Shown one piece after another: positions 16,963-25,526 of a stretch of DNA of 39,550 nucleotides; position 1 is the first letter of the stretch, and the number at the start of each line of letters is the position of its first letter. The stretch is from Nanohaloarchaea archaeon B1-Br10_U2g1. GTDB taxonomy: Archaea; Nanohalarchaeota; Nanosalinia; Nanosalinales; Nanosalinaceae. The notes under the pieces are model-generated. The model ran no database searches. It saw nothing but the letters and a program-made list of their open reading frames with translations, and was not told the DNA's origin. Location: positions 1 to 39,550 of the forward strand of contig LKMN01000004.1 of NCBI GenBank assembly GCA_001563875.1, in the 5' to 3' direction. Made by a program: the position numbers and the translations under genes.

Positions 16963-18066
16963 TCACTTACTAAGCTCTGATAAATCGGTTCTGGCATCAG
17001 GCACAAATTTTACGCCGTAAACCGAGTTGTTCATCTCTATAAAGCTTCTAGGCCCTATATAGGATTCCCTTATAGAAGTGTTGGATTTTATATCGGTTTT
17101 TTCCGCGATTATAGAGTTTTCTATATGTACTGAAGGATCAACTATATTTCTCTCAAAAAGCAGAGTGGATTCTATGTCACATGATCGAAGCTGCGAGTTT
17201 TTATTGACTGTTGTGTCCTTCAAAGTCGTGTTGGGGCCTATAACGCTGTTCTCGCCGATGAAGACTTTACCTTCTAGAACTGTTCCTGGTTTGACTTCTG
17301 CTCCTGAGGAGATGATCGCCTCTCCAAGAATTTCTACGTTTTCATGTAGTTCTGCATCGTCTTCTACCATTGTCTCCTTTACTATGTATTCTCTCTTTGT
17401 TTTGTCTGCTTCCCAAAGTTTTCTTACGGTCCCTATGTCTATCCAGTAGTCATCAGCTAGTTCGAAATGCACGTCTTCCTCCTGTATCAGCTTCTGTACG
17501 ACCTCTGTCAGGTCTTTCTCTTCCTCTCCCATTTCCTCAAGCACGTTGAATATATCAGGGCTGAAGCCGTAGATACCTGTGTTTACAAGTGTGTTCTCAG
17601 GCTCCTCCGGTTTCTCGGTTAGTCTGTCCACCTTGTCGTTTGTAATGCTTATTACGCCGAACTTCTCTGGTTTGTCTTCTGTTGTGGCCATAAGAGTTGC
17701 GGAAGAACTAGAGTCTTTGTGTTTCTTGATAAGCCTGCTTATGTCGTTCTTAGAGATTACTACGTCACCATTCAAAACCATGAAGTCCTCATCTATAAAG
17801 CTACACTCTTCCAGTGCGGCTCCTGTACCGTTCAAATTCTCTTGTCTCACGGTATTGACGTTGGTATAGTTATCAAACTCTTGTTTAAACATTTCTTCAA
17901 GATGGTTGGTCACAATGTATATATCTTTGACCCCTTCTTCCTGTAAATCTTTTATAACGTGTTTTATCAGCGGTTTACCTGCTACAGGTATAAGAGCAGT
18001 GGGTTTAGACTCAGTAAAAGGATATAATGACTCTTCCTTTGCAGCACACAGTATTACCGCTTTCAT
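16963..18066 (-). CDS. NDP-sugar pyrophosphorylase paralogue with degenerate active-site loop plus hexapeptide repeats
   Basis: MKAVILCAAKEESLYPFT..PTALIPVAGKPLI, NGD, EKP, NTGIY, left-handed beta-helix repeats. Confidence 0.85.
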   Translation of the reverse strand: MKAVILCAAKEESLYPFTESKPTALIPVAGKPLIKHVIKDLQEEGVKDIYIVTNHLEEMFKQEFDNYTNVNTVRQENLNGTGAALEECSFIDEDFMVLNGDVVISKNDISRLIKKHKDSSSSATLMATTEDKPEKFGVISITNDKVDRLTEKPEEPENTLVNTGIYGFSPDIFNVLEEMGEEEKDLTEVVQKLIQEEDVHFELADDYWIDIGTVRKLWEADKTKREYIVKETMVEDDAELHENVEILGEAIISSGAEVKPGTVLEGKVFIGENSVIGPNTTLKDTTVNKNSQLRSCDIESTLLFERNIVDPSVHIENSIIAEKTDIKSNTSIRESYIGPRSFIEMNNSVYGVKFVPDARTDLSELSK

Positions 18067-18078
18067 TCTTCTATCATC

Positions 18079-19341
18079 TCAGCTTGGTATAAACTCAGTT
18101 TCCTTAGTTTCAAGAACCTTTCTATCTTCTACAGTCAACGAATCGAATACTTCAAGGCCTTTGTCAAGCTCCTCGAGGAACTCTCCACCAGACACCGATT
18201 CCTTAACATCGAATATAGAGTTCATGAAGACATCTATATCCTCAGATATGTTTTGGTCTACATTCTCTTCAGCAGCTGTGACAACTGCCTTTCGGAGAAC
18301 TCTATAGAGCTGGTCATGTAGGTAGTAGTCTGTCTCTATCTCTTCTCCAGTTTCAAGATCGTAGAGTTTCTTGTTCAGCATATCGCCTAAAACTCTTCTA
18401 CTTCCTTCTAGAATGAAGAAACGTGCTTCCTCTTTAACATAGGCGGTCTCATCTATTTCAGAGTACTTTCGGCTGAACGGTCTATGTCCGGTTATTTCTC
18501 TAATCTCTTTCGCCTTCTGCAGACAGTTATTGCTTAGGCCCATCCAGCCTGTGTTCAGCTCTATCTCTACATCTCTGCTCTTGAGATGCGCGCTTGTTTG
18601 ACCTGTAGCGGTTTCATAGTTAATATCTTGTTCATACCCGCCGTCAATTGAAAGCAGTTTTTCAGAGTTGGGTCTCCAAGGCACGAAATACTTCGTCTCT
18701 GCTTCTTCAAGCTCTAGATCAGGTTCTTGACCTGCGCTCTTAAGTATGTCTAATATGTAGACTTCGTTAGTCATTTTGTCAAGTATATCTCCGCCTTTAA
18801 CTCCGTGTCTGCCTACAGGATCTAGCATTTTTTCAATTCCTACACTGCTCTCTCTAAACACTTCTATACGTTCTATAGTTTGGTTTTCAATTATCTCAAT
18901 GGTTTTCTTAACGACAGGGTTTTCTCTTTCTATGAAATCAGTTTTCCACATCGCATTGTTTCTCTCTGCCAGCCTCTTCTCCTTTAGATGTTGCTCTCTT
19001 TTCATAGAAGGAGGCTTCTCTGCGGTGTGGAAGAAGCCGTACCTCATGGACCGGTAAATGTTCTCTGCATGCTCATCTGAAGGACCGGTATCGTATACCA
19101 TCACAGGGTTTTCTGTATCTCCTGCTCTCTGGTACATCAAATCTATGTTTTCAAAAGTCTCGATGCTGATGTCTTGAGATTCTGCAAACTTTTCAGCTCT
19201 TTCAAGTCTCTTCGGATCTGTATCACAGACGGCCTTGAGCCTTACATCAACATCTCCAAAATGTTTGTGGAGTTCAATAAGTCTTTCGAAACCGTAACGA
19301 CCAAAACTTCCAAGACCTATATGATAAACCTCCAGTTTCAC
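18079..19341 (-). CDS. Gfo/Idh/MocA-like NAD(P)-dependent oxidoreductase
   Basis: IGLGSFG Rossmann loop, AVCD, AEKP, ERENP, GGDILDK. GTG start. Confidence 0.75.
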   Translation of the reverse strand: MKLEVYHIGLGSFGRYGFERLIELHKHFGDVDVRLKAVCDTDPKRLERAEKFAESQDISIETFENIDLMYQRAGDTENPVMVYDTGPSDEHAENIYRSMRYGFFHTAEKPPSMKREQHLKEKRLAERNNAMWKTDFIERENPVVKKTIEIIENQTIERIEVFRESSVGIEKMLDPVGRHGVKGGDILDKMTNEVYILDILKSAGQEPDLELEEAETKYFVPWRPNSEKLLSIDGGYEQDINYETATGQTSAHLKSRDVEIELNTGWMGLSNNCLQKAKEIREITGHRPFSRKYSEIDETAYVKEEARFFILEGSRRVLGDMLNKKLYDLETGEEIETDYYLHDQLYRVLRKAVVTAAEENVDQNISEDIDVFMNSIFDVKESVSGGEFLEELDKGLEVFDSLTVEDRKVLETKETEFIPS

Positions 19342-19434
19342 ATTTTTTACTTGTCTACCGTGGTTTAAAACACCGGACCATTACACTGGACTATATAAAC
19401 ACTGTTTATGTCAACGTTCTAAATAGGAGCCTAT

Positions 19435-20043
19435 ATGGTGGATGAAGATGACTACGGAGATATAGATGTCGAACTCCCTGAAAACATGGTTTACAAGCTT
19501 GGTAGGCTGGAAAAAGAAGGCTATGTAGATGATATGGGAGAGGTTGTAGAAGCCGCACTGAGTTATAGAGAGCCTTCAGAAGGGTTCAGTATAGATCCGT
19601 CTATCAAGCACAGGCTCTCGGAACTTAACTTCATAGAAGAAAAGGTTGCAGAAGACAGATCTATGAGAGAAAATCCTGCTGTTGAGATGTTTGCAGACAA
19701 CACTTACTACACTCAGAAGTTCGCCAGATTATCGGTTGATGAAGACTTTCAGAGAAGAAAGGAGCTGGAAAGCAAAGGACTGGATGAAGATGTAATCGAA
19801 GAGAAACTCTGGAGAAGAGATATCGAACAACAGCTAGCTCTGATTGACAATGCAGTAAGTTATTATGGGGAAGACAGTATCCGTAACGATGAGAAAGGTT
19901 TCACAGTTGGCACCATAGGATTCATGGAGAAGTTCCGTGCTTTCGCCCAGTATCAGGGTCTTCGAAATATCGATGAAGAGCTGGAAGATTTCCTAGACAG
20001 ATACTTTTCTGGCGGAGAACTGCGTGAAGACATCGATCTTTAG
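19435..20043 (+). CDS. hypothetical protein with possible N-terminal ribbon-helix-helix domain
   Basis: IDVELPENMVYKLGRLEKEGYVDDMGEVVEAAL resembles a CopG/RHH pattern. AGGAG upstream. Confidence 0.6.
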   Translation: MVDEDDYGDIDVELPENMVYKLGRLEKEGYVDDMGEVVEAALSYREPSEGFSIDPSIKHRLSELNFIEEKVAEDRSMRENPAVEMFADNTYYTQKFARLSVDEDFQRRKELESKGLDEDVIEEKLWRRDIEQQLALIDNAVSYYGEDSIRNDEKGFTVGTIGFMEKFRAFAQYQGLRNIDEELEDFLDRYFSGGELREDIDL

Positions 20044-20095
20044 CCTACCCTATATAAAATTTAAGTTACAGCGTCTACTTTAGAGGTTTTCAAAA

Positions 20096-20617
20096 ATGGG
20101 AGATCGTCCAGCAAGAATATACAGAGAACAACCAGGTCAGCCCTACACAAGACAGTCACAGAGAAAAAACGATAACTACATTAAAGGGGCTCCTGCACCA
20201 AGAATAACACGTTATGAACAAGGAGTACAAGATGAAGAGTTTGAGACATCAGTGGTTCTAAAGGCTGGAGAGGACTGCTCTATCAGAAGCGAAGCACTGG
20301 AGTCAGGACGTATCGCAGCAAACTCATACTTAAGTAAAGTTCTAGATCCTGAAGAAGACTACTTCCTAAAGATATATCCTTATCCGCACCATGTCCTAAG
20401 ATATCACCCATTAGCAGGTGTAGCACAGGCAGACCGTTACTATGAAGGTATGCGTAAACCTTTCGGAAGGCCTATTGGAAGAGCATCTCTTGTAGACGAA
20501 GAACAAGTTATCTACAGAGTAAGAGTTGATGAAGGAGATGTTCAAGAAGCCAAGAAGGCGCTTGAAAGAGCCAACCACAAGATGCCAATAAGCTGTGACG
20601 TGTTAATCGACGAGTAG
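20096..20617 (+). CDS. rpl10e: 50S ribosomal protein uL16 (L10e)
   Basis: RPARIYR...PYTR, SEALESGRIAAN, YPYPHHVLR, AQADR..GMRKPFGRPIG, ALERANHKMP. Confidence 0.97.
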   Translation: MGDRPARIYREQPGQPYTRQSQRKNDNYIKGAPAPRITRYEQGVQDEEFETSVVLKAGEDCSIRSEALESGRIAANSYLSKVLDPEEDYFLKIYPYPHHVLRYHPLAGVAQADRYYEGMRKPFGRPIGRASLVDEEQVIYRVRVDEGDVQEAKKALERANHKMPISCDVLIDE

Positions 20618-20658
20618 ATTCCGGTAATTATTAATTCCGGTAGTCCGCGAATCTATCT

Positions 20659-22161
20659 ATGGTTCAGTGGAAGGGAAAACTTGAAGGAGATGTAGGAAGT
20701 AAAGCAGAGAATCTTGAGAAACTTGAAGGGTTTAAAATACCTAACTTTTTTGTTATAACTCCTGAAGAATCTAGTAGACTTTTCAAAGGTGCGGAAACTG
20801 CTGAAGAAGTTCTGAACACGGGTTTGGAATCCAGAAAGAGAGAAGAGATTAAGAACGCATACAAAGAAATTGGGATGAGCTCCGAAGTTAGAACTGCTGC
20901 AGGAAAAGCCAAGAGCCTTGTAGGAGGTCAGAGAAACGGCCAAAAAGTATCTATACGTATCTCCGATCACGGTCAAGGAATGTATGAGTACCGTCTGAAT
21001 ATAGGATCTTCAGGGCTGTTCAATGCTTTGAAACAGGTAGCTGCATCATACTACAAAGAGAGAGACGGTCATCCGTCTATAATAGTACAGAAAATGGTGG
21101 AGCCTGATTATACAGGTGCTGTGGTGGCTGATTATTCTGATGGTTCGATAGTAGAAGTAGTTGAAGGTCTGGGACATTCTTTGGAGAGAGGAACTACTGA
21201 GCCATTTGTCTACTTATTCCAAAATAGTCTTGAAGATGTTCTCGTTCCTAAAGAACATCTTAAAATAACTAGAAACCCTATGAACGGAGAAAACAGACGT
21301 AAGAAACTTAGAAATCCTGGTAAACCGTTTTCGGAGCAGGAGATATCTAACTTCCATCAGAAAGTATTTGAGAACAATGCTAGCGTTAAGTTTGTCTACA
21401 AAAGAGGTAGCTTCTACATAGTGGATGCTTGGAGGCCTGAAGATAACGGTATAAGAAATATTATGGAGTTTGAGGGACTGAAAGTTTCTCCAGGAGATAT
21501 TTCGGGCGTTGTAGGTAAGAGTATAATCTACTCTGATTCAACACATAGTCCAGATGGTTACGAAAAAGTGCTTATAGCTGATAAAGGAGGATATACCTCA
21601 ACTGATGCACAAAAAGCTCGTAGAGATGGCAAAGCCGCTGTATTCAGTTACAAAGGAGATATAAATAGAGGTGAGACCGTTAACAAGAAGTCTGAGTATA
21701 GAGAGGAACCTAATAACCGAAGCGTTGAGAAAGAAGATTCTCGAACAGGTCTTACTGAAGCAGGTCTAACGACTGGTTCGGAAGTGCTTCCTCTAAATCC
21801 TTCTAGAGGGAGAGGTCTTTATACAGAACCGCCGTTTGGAGAAGGGTACCAGGTATCAAGAAGAGGAATACCCGAGGAGAACTATTTAGAAACGTGTTCT
21901 GACGTATTCCGTTTCCAAGGTGAGAAAGTGGTTCTGGACACTCGAAGAATAGATTCTGAGGCGGTAGAAAACGTGATTGAATATATAGATGCGGAGTTCA
22001 AGGCAGTCATCTTTGAACAGCCTGATCTTTCTGAAGTTCTGAAAGCAGTGGAGAACGGTTTTGAACTGTTTGTATCTGATAAGAGATCAGCCTCTGAACT
22101 AAGAGAGAAAGTGTTTAGGGCGGAGAAAAGGTTTATCATGGACAAACTGAGAGAGAACTAG
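20659..22161 (+). CDS. degenerate PEP synthase (PpsA/PPDK)-like protein, probably non-catalytic
   Basis: VGSKAENL...PNFFVIT, IIVQKMV, EVVEGLGHSLERG, GLKVSPG, DKGGYTSTDA...ARRDGKAAV. C-terminal region is strongly shortened. Confidence 0.75.
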   Translation: MVQWKGKLEGDVGSKAENLEKLEGFKIPNFFVITPEESSRLFKGAETAEEVLNTGLESRKREEIKNAYKEIGMSSEVRTAAGKAKSLVGGQRNGQKVSIRISDHGQGMYEYRLNIGSSGLFNALKQVAASYYKERDGHPSIIVQKMVEPDYTGAVVADYSDGSIVEVVEGLGHSLERGTTEPFVYLFQNSLEDVLVPKEHLKITRNPMNGENRRKKLRNPGKPFSEQEISNFHQKVFENNASVKFVYKRGSFYIVDAWRPEDNGIRNIMEFEGLKVSPGDISGVVGKSIIYSDSTHSPDGYEKVLIADKGGYTSTDAQKARRDGKAAVFSYKGDINRGETVNKKSEYREEPNNRSVEKEDSRTGLTEAGLTTGSEVLPLNPSRGRGLYTEPPFGEGYQVSRRGIPEENYLETCSDVFRFQGEKVVLDTRRIDSEAVENVIEYIDAEFKAVIFEQPDLSEVLKAVENGFELFVSDKRSASELREKVFRAEKRFIMDKLREN

Positions 22162-22230
22162 AGCTTTAACACGTGGTCGTTCCTGTCACAAATATCTAAC
22201 TAAAAAAGTTTGGCCCACAAAAAGTTCTTT

Positions 22231-23238
22231 ATGACAGAGCAAAAACAGGAACGAGAATCCTGGAACTATGAATCACTTGAAGAGATAATAGAAGCCATAA
22301 GAGACCAAGAACATGATTACGATACTATAGGGCTTCAGGGACCAGACGGTATAAAACCTAAAGTCATAGAGTACGCTAACCGTCTAAGAGAGGAAGGTTT
22401 CGAAACTGTTATTGTAGGAGCCTCAACATTCGGAGCCTGCGGCATAGCTGATGAGAAGGTAAAGAGGATGGGGGCAGATGCATTAATCCATATCGGACAT
22501 ACAAGGTTTTTACATCCGGAAAAGGCGGATATGAAGGACTACGACGTCTACTACCTGCCTTACAGAGAGGATAGGGAGATAATGCCTATACTTGAGGAAC
22601 ATTACGAAGAGATAGACAAAGACGAGAAAATTGGTCTAGTGGGTGTGACTCAGTACATGGACAGGGCTGAAGAAGCACGGGAGTTCTTAGAGAGTAAAGG
22701 TTATGATGTCGTAGAGGGAACCACGGGCCTAAGAACAACTGAGACAGGTCAGGTATTGGGCTGTGACGCAGGTGCAGCACACAACGTCTCACACAAAGTT
22801 GATGCATTTGTGTTCTTGGGAAGCGGACATTTCCATCCTTCACAGGTATCCGAAACCGGGAAGAAAGTGTATGTGGTTGATCCTTACCAAGAACATATCT
22901 GGATAGAGCCTCCAAACTCGCTAGAAGACGAGATGCAAGCAGAATACGCAAGAGTGATCAAACACAAAGACAAGAAGAAGTGGGGTATAGTAACTTCCAG
23001 CAAGAAAGGACAGAACTACATGATGGCTGTAGAGATAGCTAAGGAGAAACTTGAATCCTACGGCAAAGATGTGTATGTATTTGTTGAGGACAGGATATTC
23101 GAGTCGGACTACAAAGGTTATGGTATCGATATCTACGTTAACTGTGCTTGTCCAAGGATGACAAAAGACTGGAGAGACATGGCTTTTGTATCTCCAAAAG
23201 CATTAGAAGTACTTGATGAACTTGAGATAGAGCATTAG
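22231..23238 (+). CDS. dph2: diphthamide biosynthesis enzyme Dph2
   Basis: LQGPDG, FGAC, HIGH, GQVLGC, GHFH, KKGQ, ACPR (three Fe-S Cys). Start re-called at ATG 22231. Confidence 0.93.
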   Translation: MTEQKQERESWNYESLEEIIEAIRDQEHDYDTIGLQGPDGIKPKVIEYANRLREEGFETVIVGASTFGACGIADEKVKRMGADALIHIGHTRFLHPEKADMKDYDVYYLPYREDREIMPILEEHYEEIDKDEKIGLVGVTQYMDRAEEAREFLESKGYDVVEGTTGLRTTETGQVLGCDAGAAHNVSHKVDAFVFLGSGHFHPSQVSETGKKVYVVDPYQEHIWIEPPNSLEDEMQAEYARVIKHKDKKKWGIVTSSKKGQNYMMAVEIAKEKLESYGKDVYVFVEDRIFESDYKGYGIDIYVNCACPRMTKDWRDMAFVSPKALEVLDELEIEH

Positions 23239-23298
23239 CTCACAGCCTAGATCTGTCAAAATGGCAGGTTCTAGATAAAGGCTGTGGAGATACAATGC
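23232..23298 (+). other. long imperfect RNA hairpin (terminator or structured RNA) between convergent genes
   Basis: Nested pairs GCATT/AATGC, CACAGCC/GGCTGTG, TAGA/TCTA and TCTGTCA/TGGCAGG (two G:U pairs). Confidence 0.5.
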
Positions 23299-23346
23299 GG
23301 TTGGTCATCTATCTTTACGGATAAGAGAAGAAGGATTAGAACTTAT

Positions 23347-24537
23347 TCAGTTGTAGTAAGATTTCTCTAGAAGCTTTTCCTTATCTTCCACAGTTACTCT
23401 GTTCTTTATCATTTCTCTAAGCTCTTCTTGTCCTTTAGTAAAACCTATCATTACAGCTCCAACTAGTCTATCGTTATCGAAGAAGAGTCTTCTGTAGTGT
23501 TGGTCTCCGTAACTTTTTGAGATAGGTTCGCCCGACCAGTCTCCTATAGCGAGGAACTGTGAGCTGAAATGCCCCACTCCATAAGTGTTAACGTAGTCGA
23601 ACACCTTTTCTTCGCCAACCATGTTTTTGGCGGCGGTTTTACCCATCTGTTCGGAGTGGTCCCATGCGCCGTTCACTGTTTTGTCGCCAAATATCGGGTG
23701 TCTGTACTCTACCATGTTTCCTGCAGCGAATATATCTTTTTCAGATGTCTCTAAGTGTTCGTCGGTCTTTATCATGTTTTTACGGTTTTTTCCGACATTA
23801 ACTAGCTCAGAGTTAGGTATCTGTCCGATTGCGACAGCTAATGCATCGCAGCTGAACACTTCTCCATTAATGGTTTCCACTGACTTTACTTCTCCTTCAG
23901 AGCTGTTTAGAGATTCAACCTCTGACTCTGTTACAACGTTGACGCCTTTCTTCTCCAGCTGTTCGTGTATAATTGATGCTCCTTCTCTGTCCAGGCCTCG
24001 GCTCCACCAGTTCTTACCTCTTATCAGGTAGTGGGTCTCTACATCGTTCTCTGCGTACGCTACAGCGAAGTCGATACCGAGTAACCCGCCTCCGACCACT
24101 ACTGCTTTCTCCGAGTTTTCAGCAGATTTCTTGATCTGATCAGCGTCTTCCATAGTCCACATATAATGTAGGTTACTGTATCCTTCATCCTGTGGAAGCT
24201 TTCTGGGACGTCCTCCGGTAGCTACTAGGACTTTGTCATAGTCGTGTTTCTCTCCCTTTTCGGTTTCAACCTTTTTTGTCTCCGAGTTGACGGTAGATAT
24301 CCGTGTATTTAATGAAAGCTGTATGTCCCTTTTCTCGTACCAGTTGCTGTCATGTACACGGGTGTACTGTTTAGGTAGTCGGCCTTTCATGTAGGTCTTT
24401 AACATTATACGGTTGTAGAGCGGGTTAGGTTCGTCCGTGAATACTTTTATCTCTGCTTCTTCATCTAGTTTTCCAAGCTCTTCAGCTGCAGAAGCTCCGG
24501 CTATACCGTTTCCAACTATAACATATTTCTTTGGCAT
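23347..24537 (-). CDS. NAD(P)/FAD-dependent oxidoreductase (rubredoxin/ferredoxin reductase, NirB N-terminal-like)
   Basis: GNGIAG, YNRIML, ATGG, GGGLLG, IFAAG. Start re-called at ATG 24537 (MPKKYVIV). Confidence 0.9.
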   Translation of the reverse strand: MPKKYVIVGNGIAGASAAEELGKLDEEAEIKVFTDEPNPLYNRIMLKTYMKGRLPKQYTRVHDSNWYEKRDIQLSLNTRISTVNSETKKVETEKGEKHDYDKVLVATGGRPRKLPQDEGYSNLHYMWTMEDADQIKKSAENSEKAVVVGGGLLGIDFAVAYAENDVETHYLIRGKNWWSRGLDREGASIIHEQLEKKGVNVVTESEVESLNSSEGEVKSVETINGEVFSCDALAVAIGQIPNSELVNVGKNRKNMIKTDEHLETSEKDIFAAGNMVEYRHPIFGDKTVNGAWDHSEQMGKTAAKNMVGEEKVFDYVNTYGVGHFSSQFLAIGDWSGEPISKSYGDQHYRRLFFDNDRLVGAVMIGFTKGQEELREMIKNRVTVEDKEKLLEKSYYN

Positions 24538-24642
24538 CCTATACCAAACATTTTTGCTACAAAAATTATAAATTGAGACATTACGTCTAATGGTCGCGTC
24601 TTTATCAGTCTCAAACTCAACCCGTTTATAAACCAAAGTTTG

Positions 24643-24650
24643 TTTTAAAA
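24643..24650 (+). promoter_or_regulatory. TATA box for tRNA-Asp
   Basis: TTTTAAAA ends 27 nt before the mature tRNA 5' end. Confidence 0.5.
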
Positions 24651-24677
24651 GCGTTAACGGTTAAACCTGTTCATACA

Positions 24678-24752
24678 GCGGAGCTGGTGTAGTCCGGCCC
24701 ATCATATCACCCTGTCACGGTGATGACGCGGGTTCAAATCCCGCGCTCCGCG
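24678..24752 (+). tRNA. tRNA-Asp (GTC), intronless, CCA not encoded
   Basis: Acceptor GCGGAGC/GCTCCGC plus discriminator G, anticodon arm TCACC-CTGTCAC-GGTGA, T arm GCGGG-TTCAAAT-CCCGC. Confidence 0.97.
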
Positions 24753-24873
24753 CTATCCATATTCAAAACTCTCTTATTGTAGGACAATATTTTCTCCGCG
24801 ACGATCAATTTTCAACAGTATGACGATGTAACATGTAGAAGTTCTGATAGATCGAATTTTACAGGGCCATGAA

Positions 24874-25434
24874 CTAAAATCTTCCTAATATCTCAGATAT
24901 GAAGCCTTCCTGTAAATCTTCCGAGCAAATCCTCTGCTTTTCAGCATTGAGCTCGTCTTCAAGATAATATGCTGCAATCTCTAGGTTCTCATCGGGCTGT
25001 ATAAGACCACGGTCCTTATTGTAGTTGAGCATACCGTGCTCGTCAAGCTTGTCAAGATGAGTCTGATAAAGAGCTACATATACTCTTTTCCGTTCGTCTG
25101 AATCTAGAGCATCCACGGATACGCCTTGCTGATAGGCCGCAACATTTTCTGATATATCTCCTAGAGTGAAAAGTTCGCTGTCTGATTCCATCATATATCT
25201 TAGCACAGCTCTTCTACGGGAATTTCCCAGTAGGCTAAAAAGATCGTCTTTATGTATCCCTTCCCGAGCTTCCTCCTCTAAAAGATTTGATTCTTCAGCA
25301 GTATCTAATTCGCTGCTATCTCCATAACTGCTGTCACCATCTTCCAGCCTTTTAGGTATCTCTCGCAGGGTTTCCAATACGTTTCCACTATAGTCTCCGT
25401 TAGATTCAGGATCCATTTTTATTTCAACATCCAA
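24874..25434 (-). CDS. haloarchaeal-type HTH domain protein (DUF7344-like)
   Basis: FSLLGNSRRRAVLRY...LGDISENVAA...RKRVYVALYQTHLDKL..HG...Y..DRG. TTG start is uncertain. Confidence 0.8.
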   Translation of the reverse strand: MDVEIKMDPESNGDYSGNVLETLREIPKRLEDGDSSYGDSSELDTAEESNLLEEEAREGIHKDDLFSLLGNSRRRAVLRYMMESDSELFTLGDISENVAAYQQGVSVDALDSDERKRVYVALYQTHLDKLDEHGMLNYNKDRGLIQPDENLEIAAYYLEDELNAEKQRICSEDLQEGFISEILGRF

Positions 25435-25526
25435 TCATTTCTAACATAAATTATATATTTGATGTGTTTTTGCTCAATAAAGTAAAAAGAATAAAAGAGG
25501 AGACTAAGGTTTCCTGTAACTCCTAT

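Noticed and set aside
16954-16965. Readthrough fusion of the two nucleotidyltransferases
   Set aside because: They are in frame but separated by two consecutive stops (TGA TAA).
23232-23298. Hairpin as a SECIS element
   Set aside because: Neither flanking gene has an in-frame TGA, and the archaeal GAA/A motif is not evident.
24538-24636. Extended N-terminus of the oxidoreductase (similarly the track starts at 5817, 7843, 22210, 27515, 33494 and 34998)
   Set aside because: Downstream ATGs match the domain boundaries and promoter spacing better.
24722-24873. tRNA-Asp 3' end as an integration site
   Set aside because: I found no duplicate of the tRNA 3' end and no integrase in the window.
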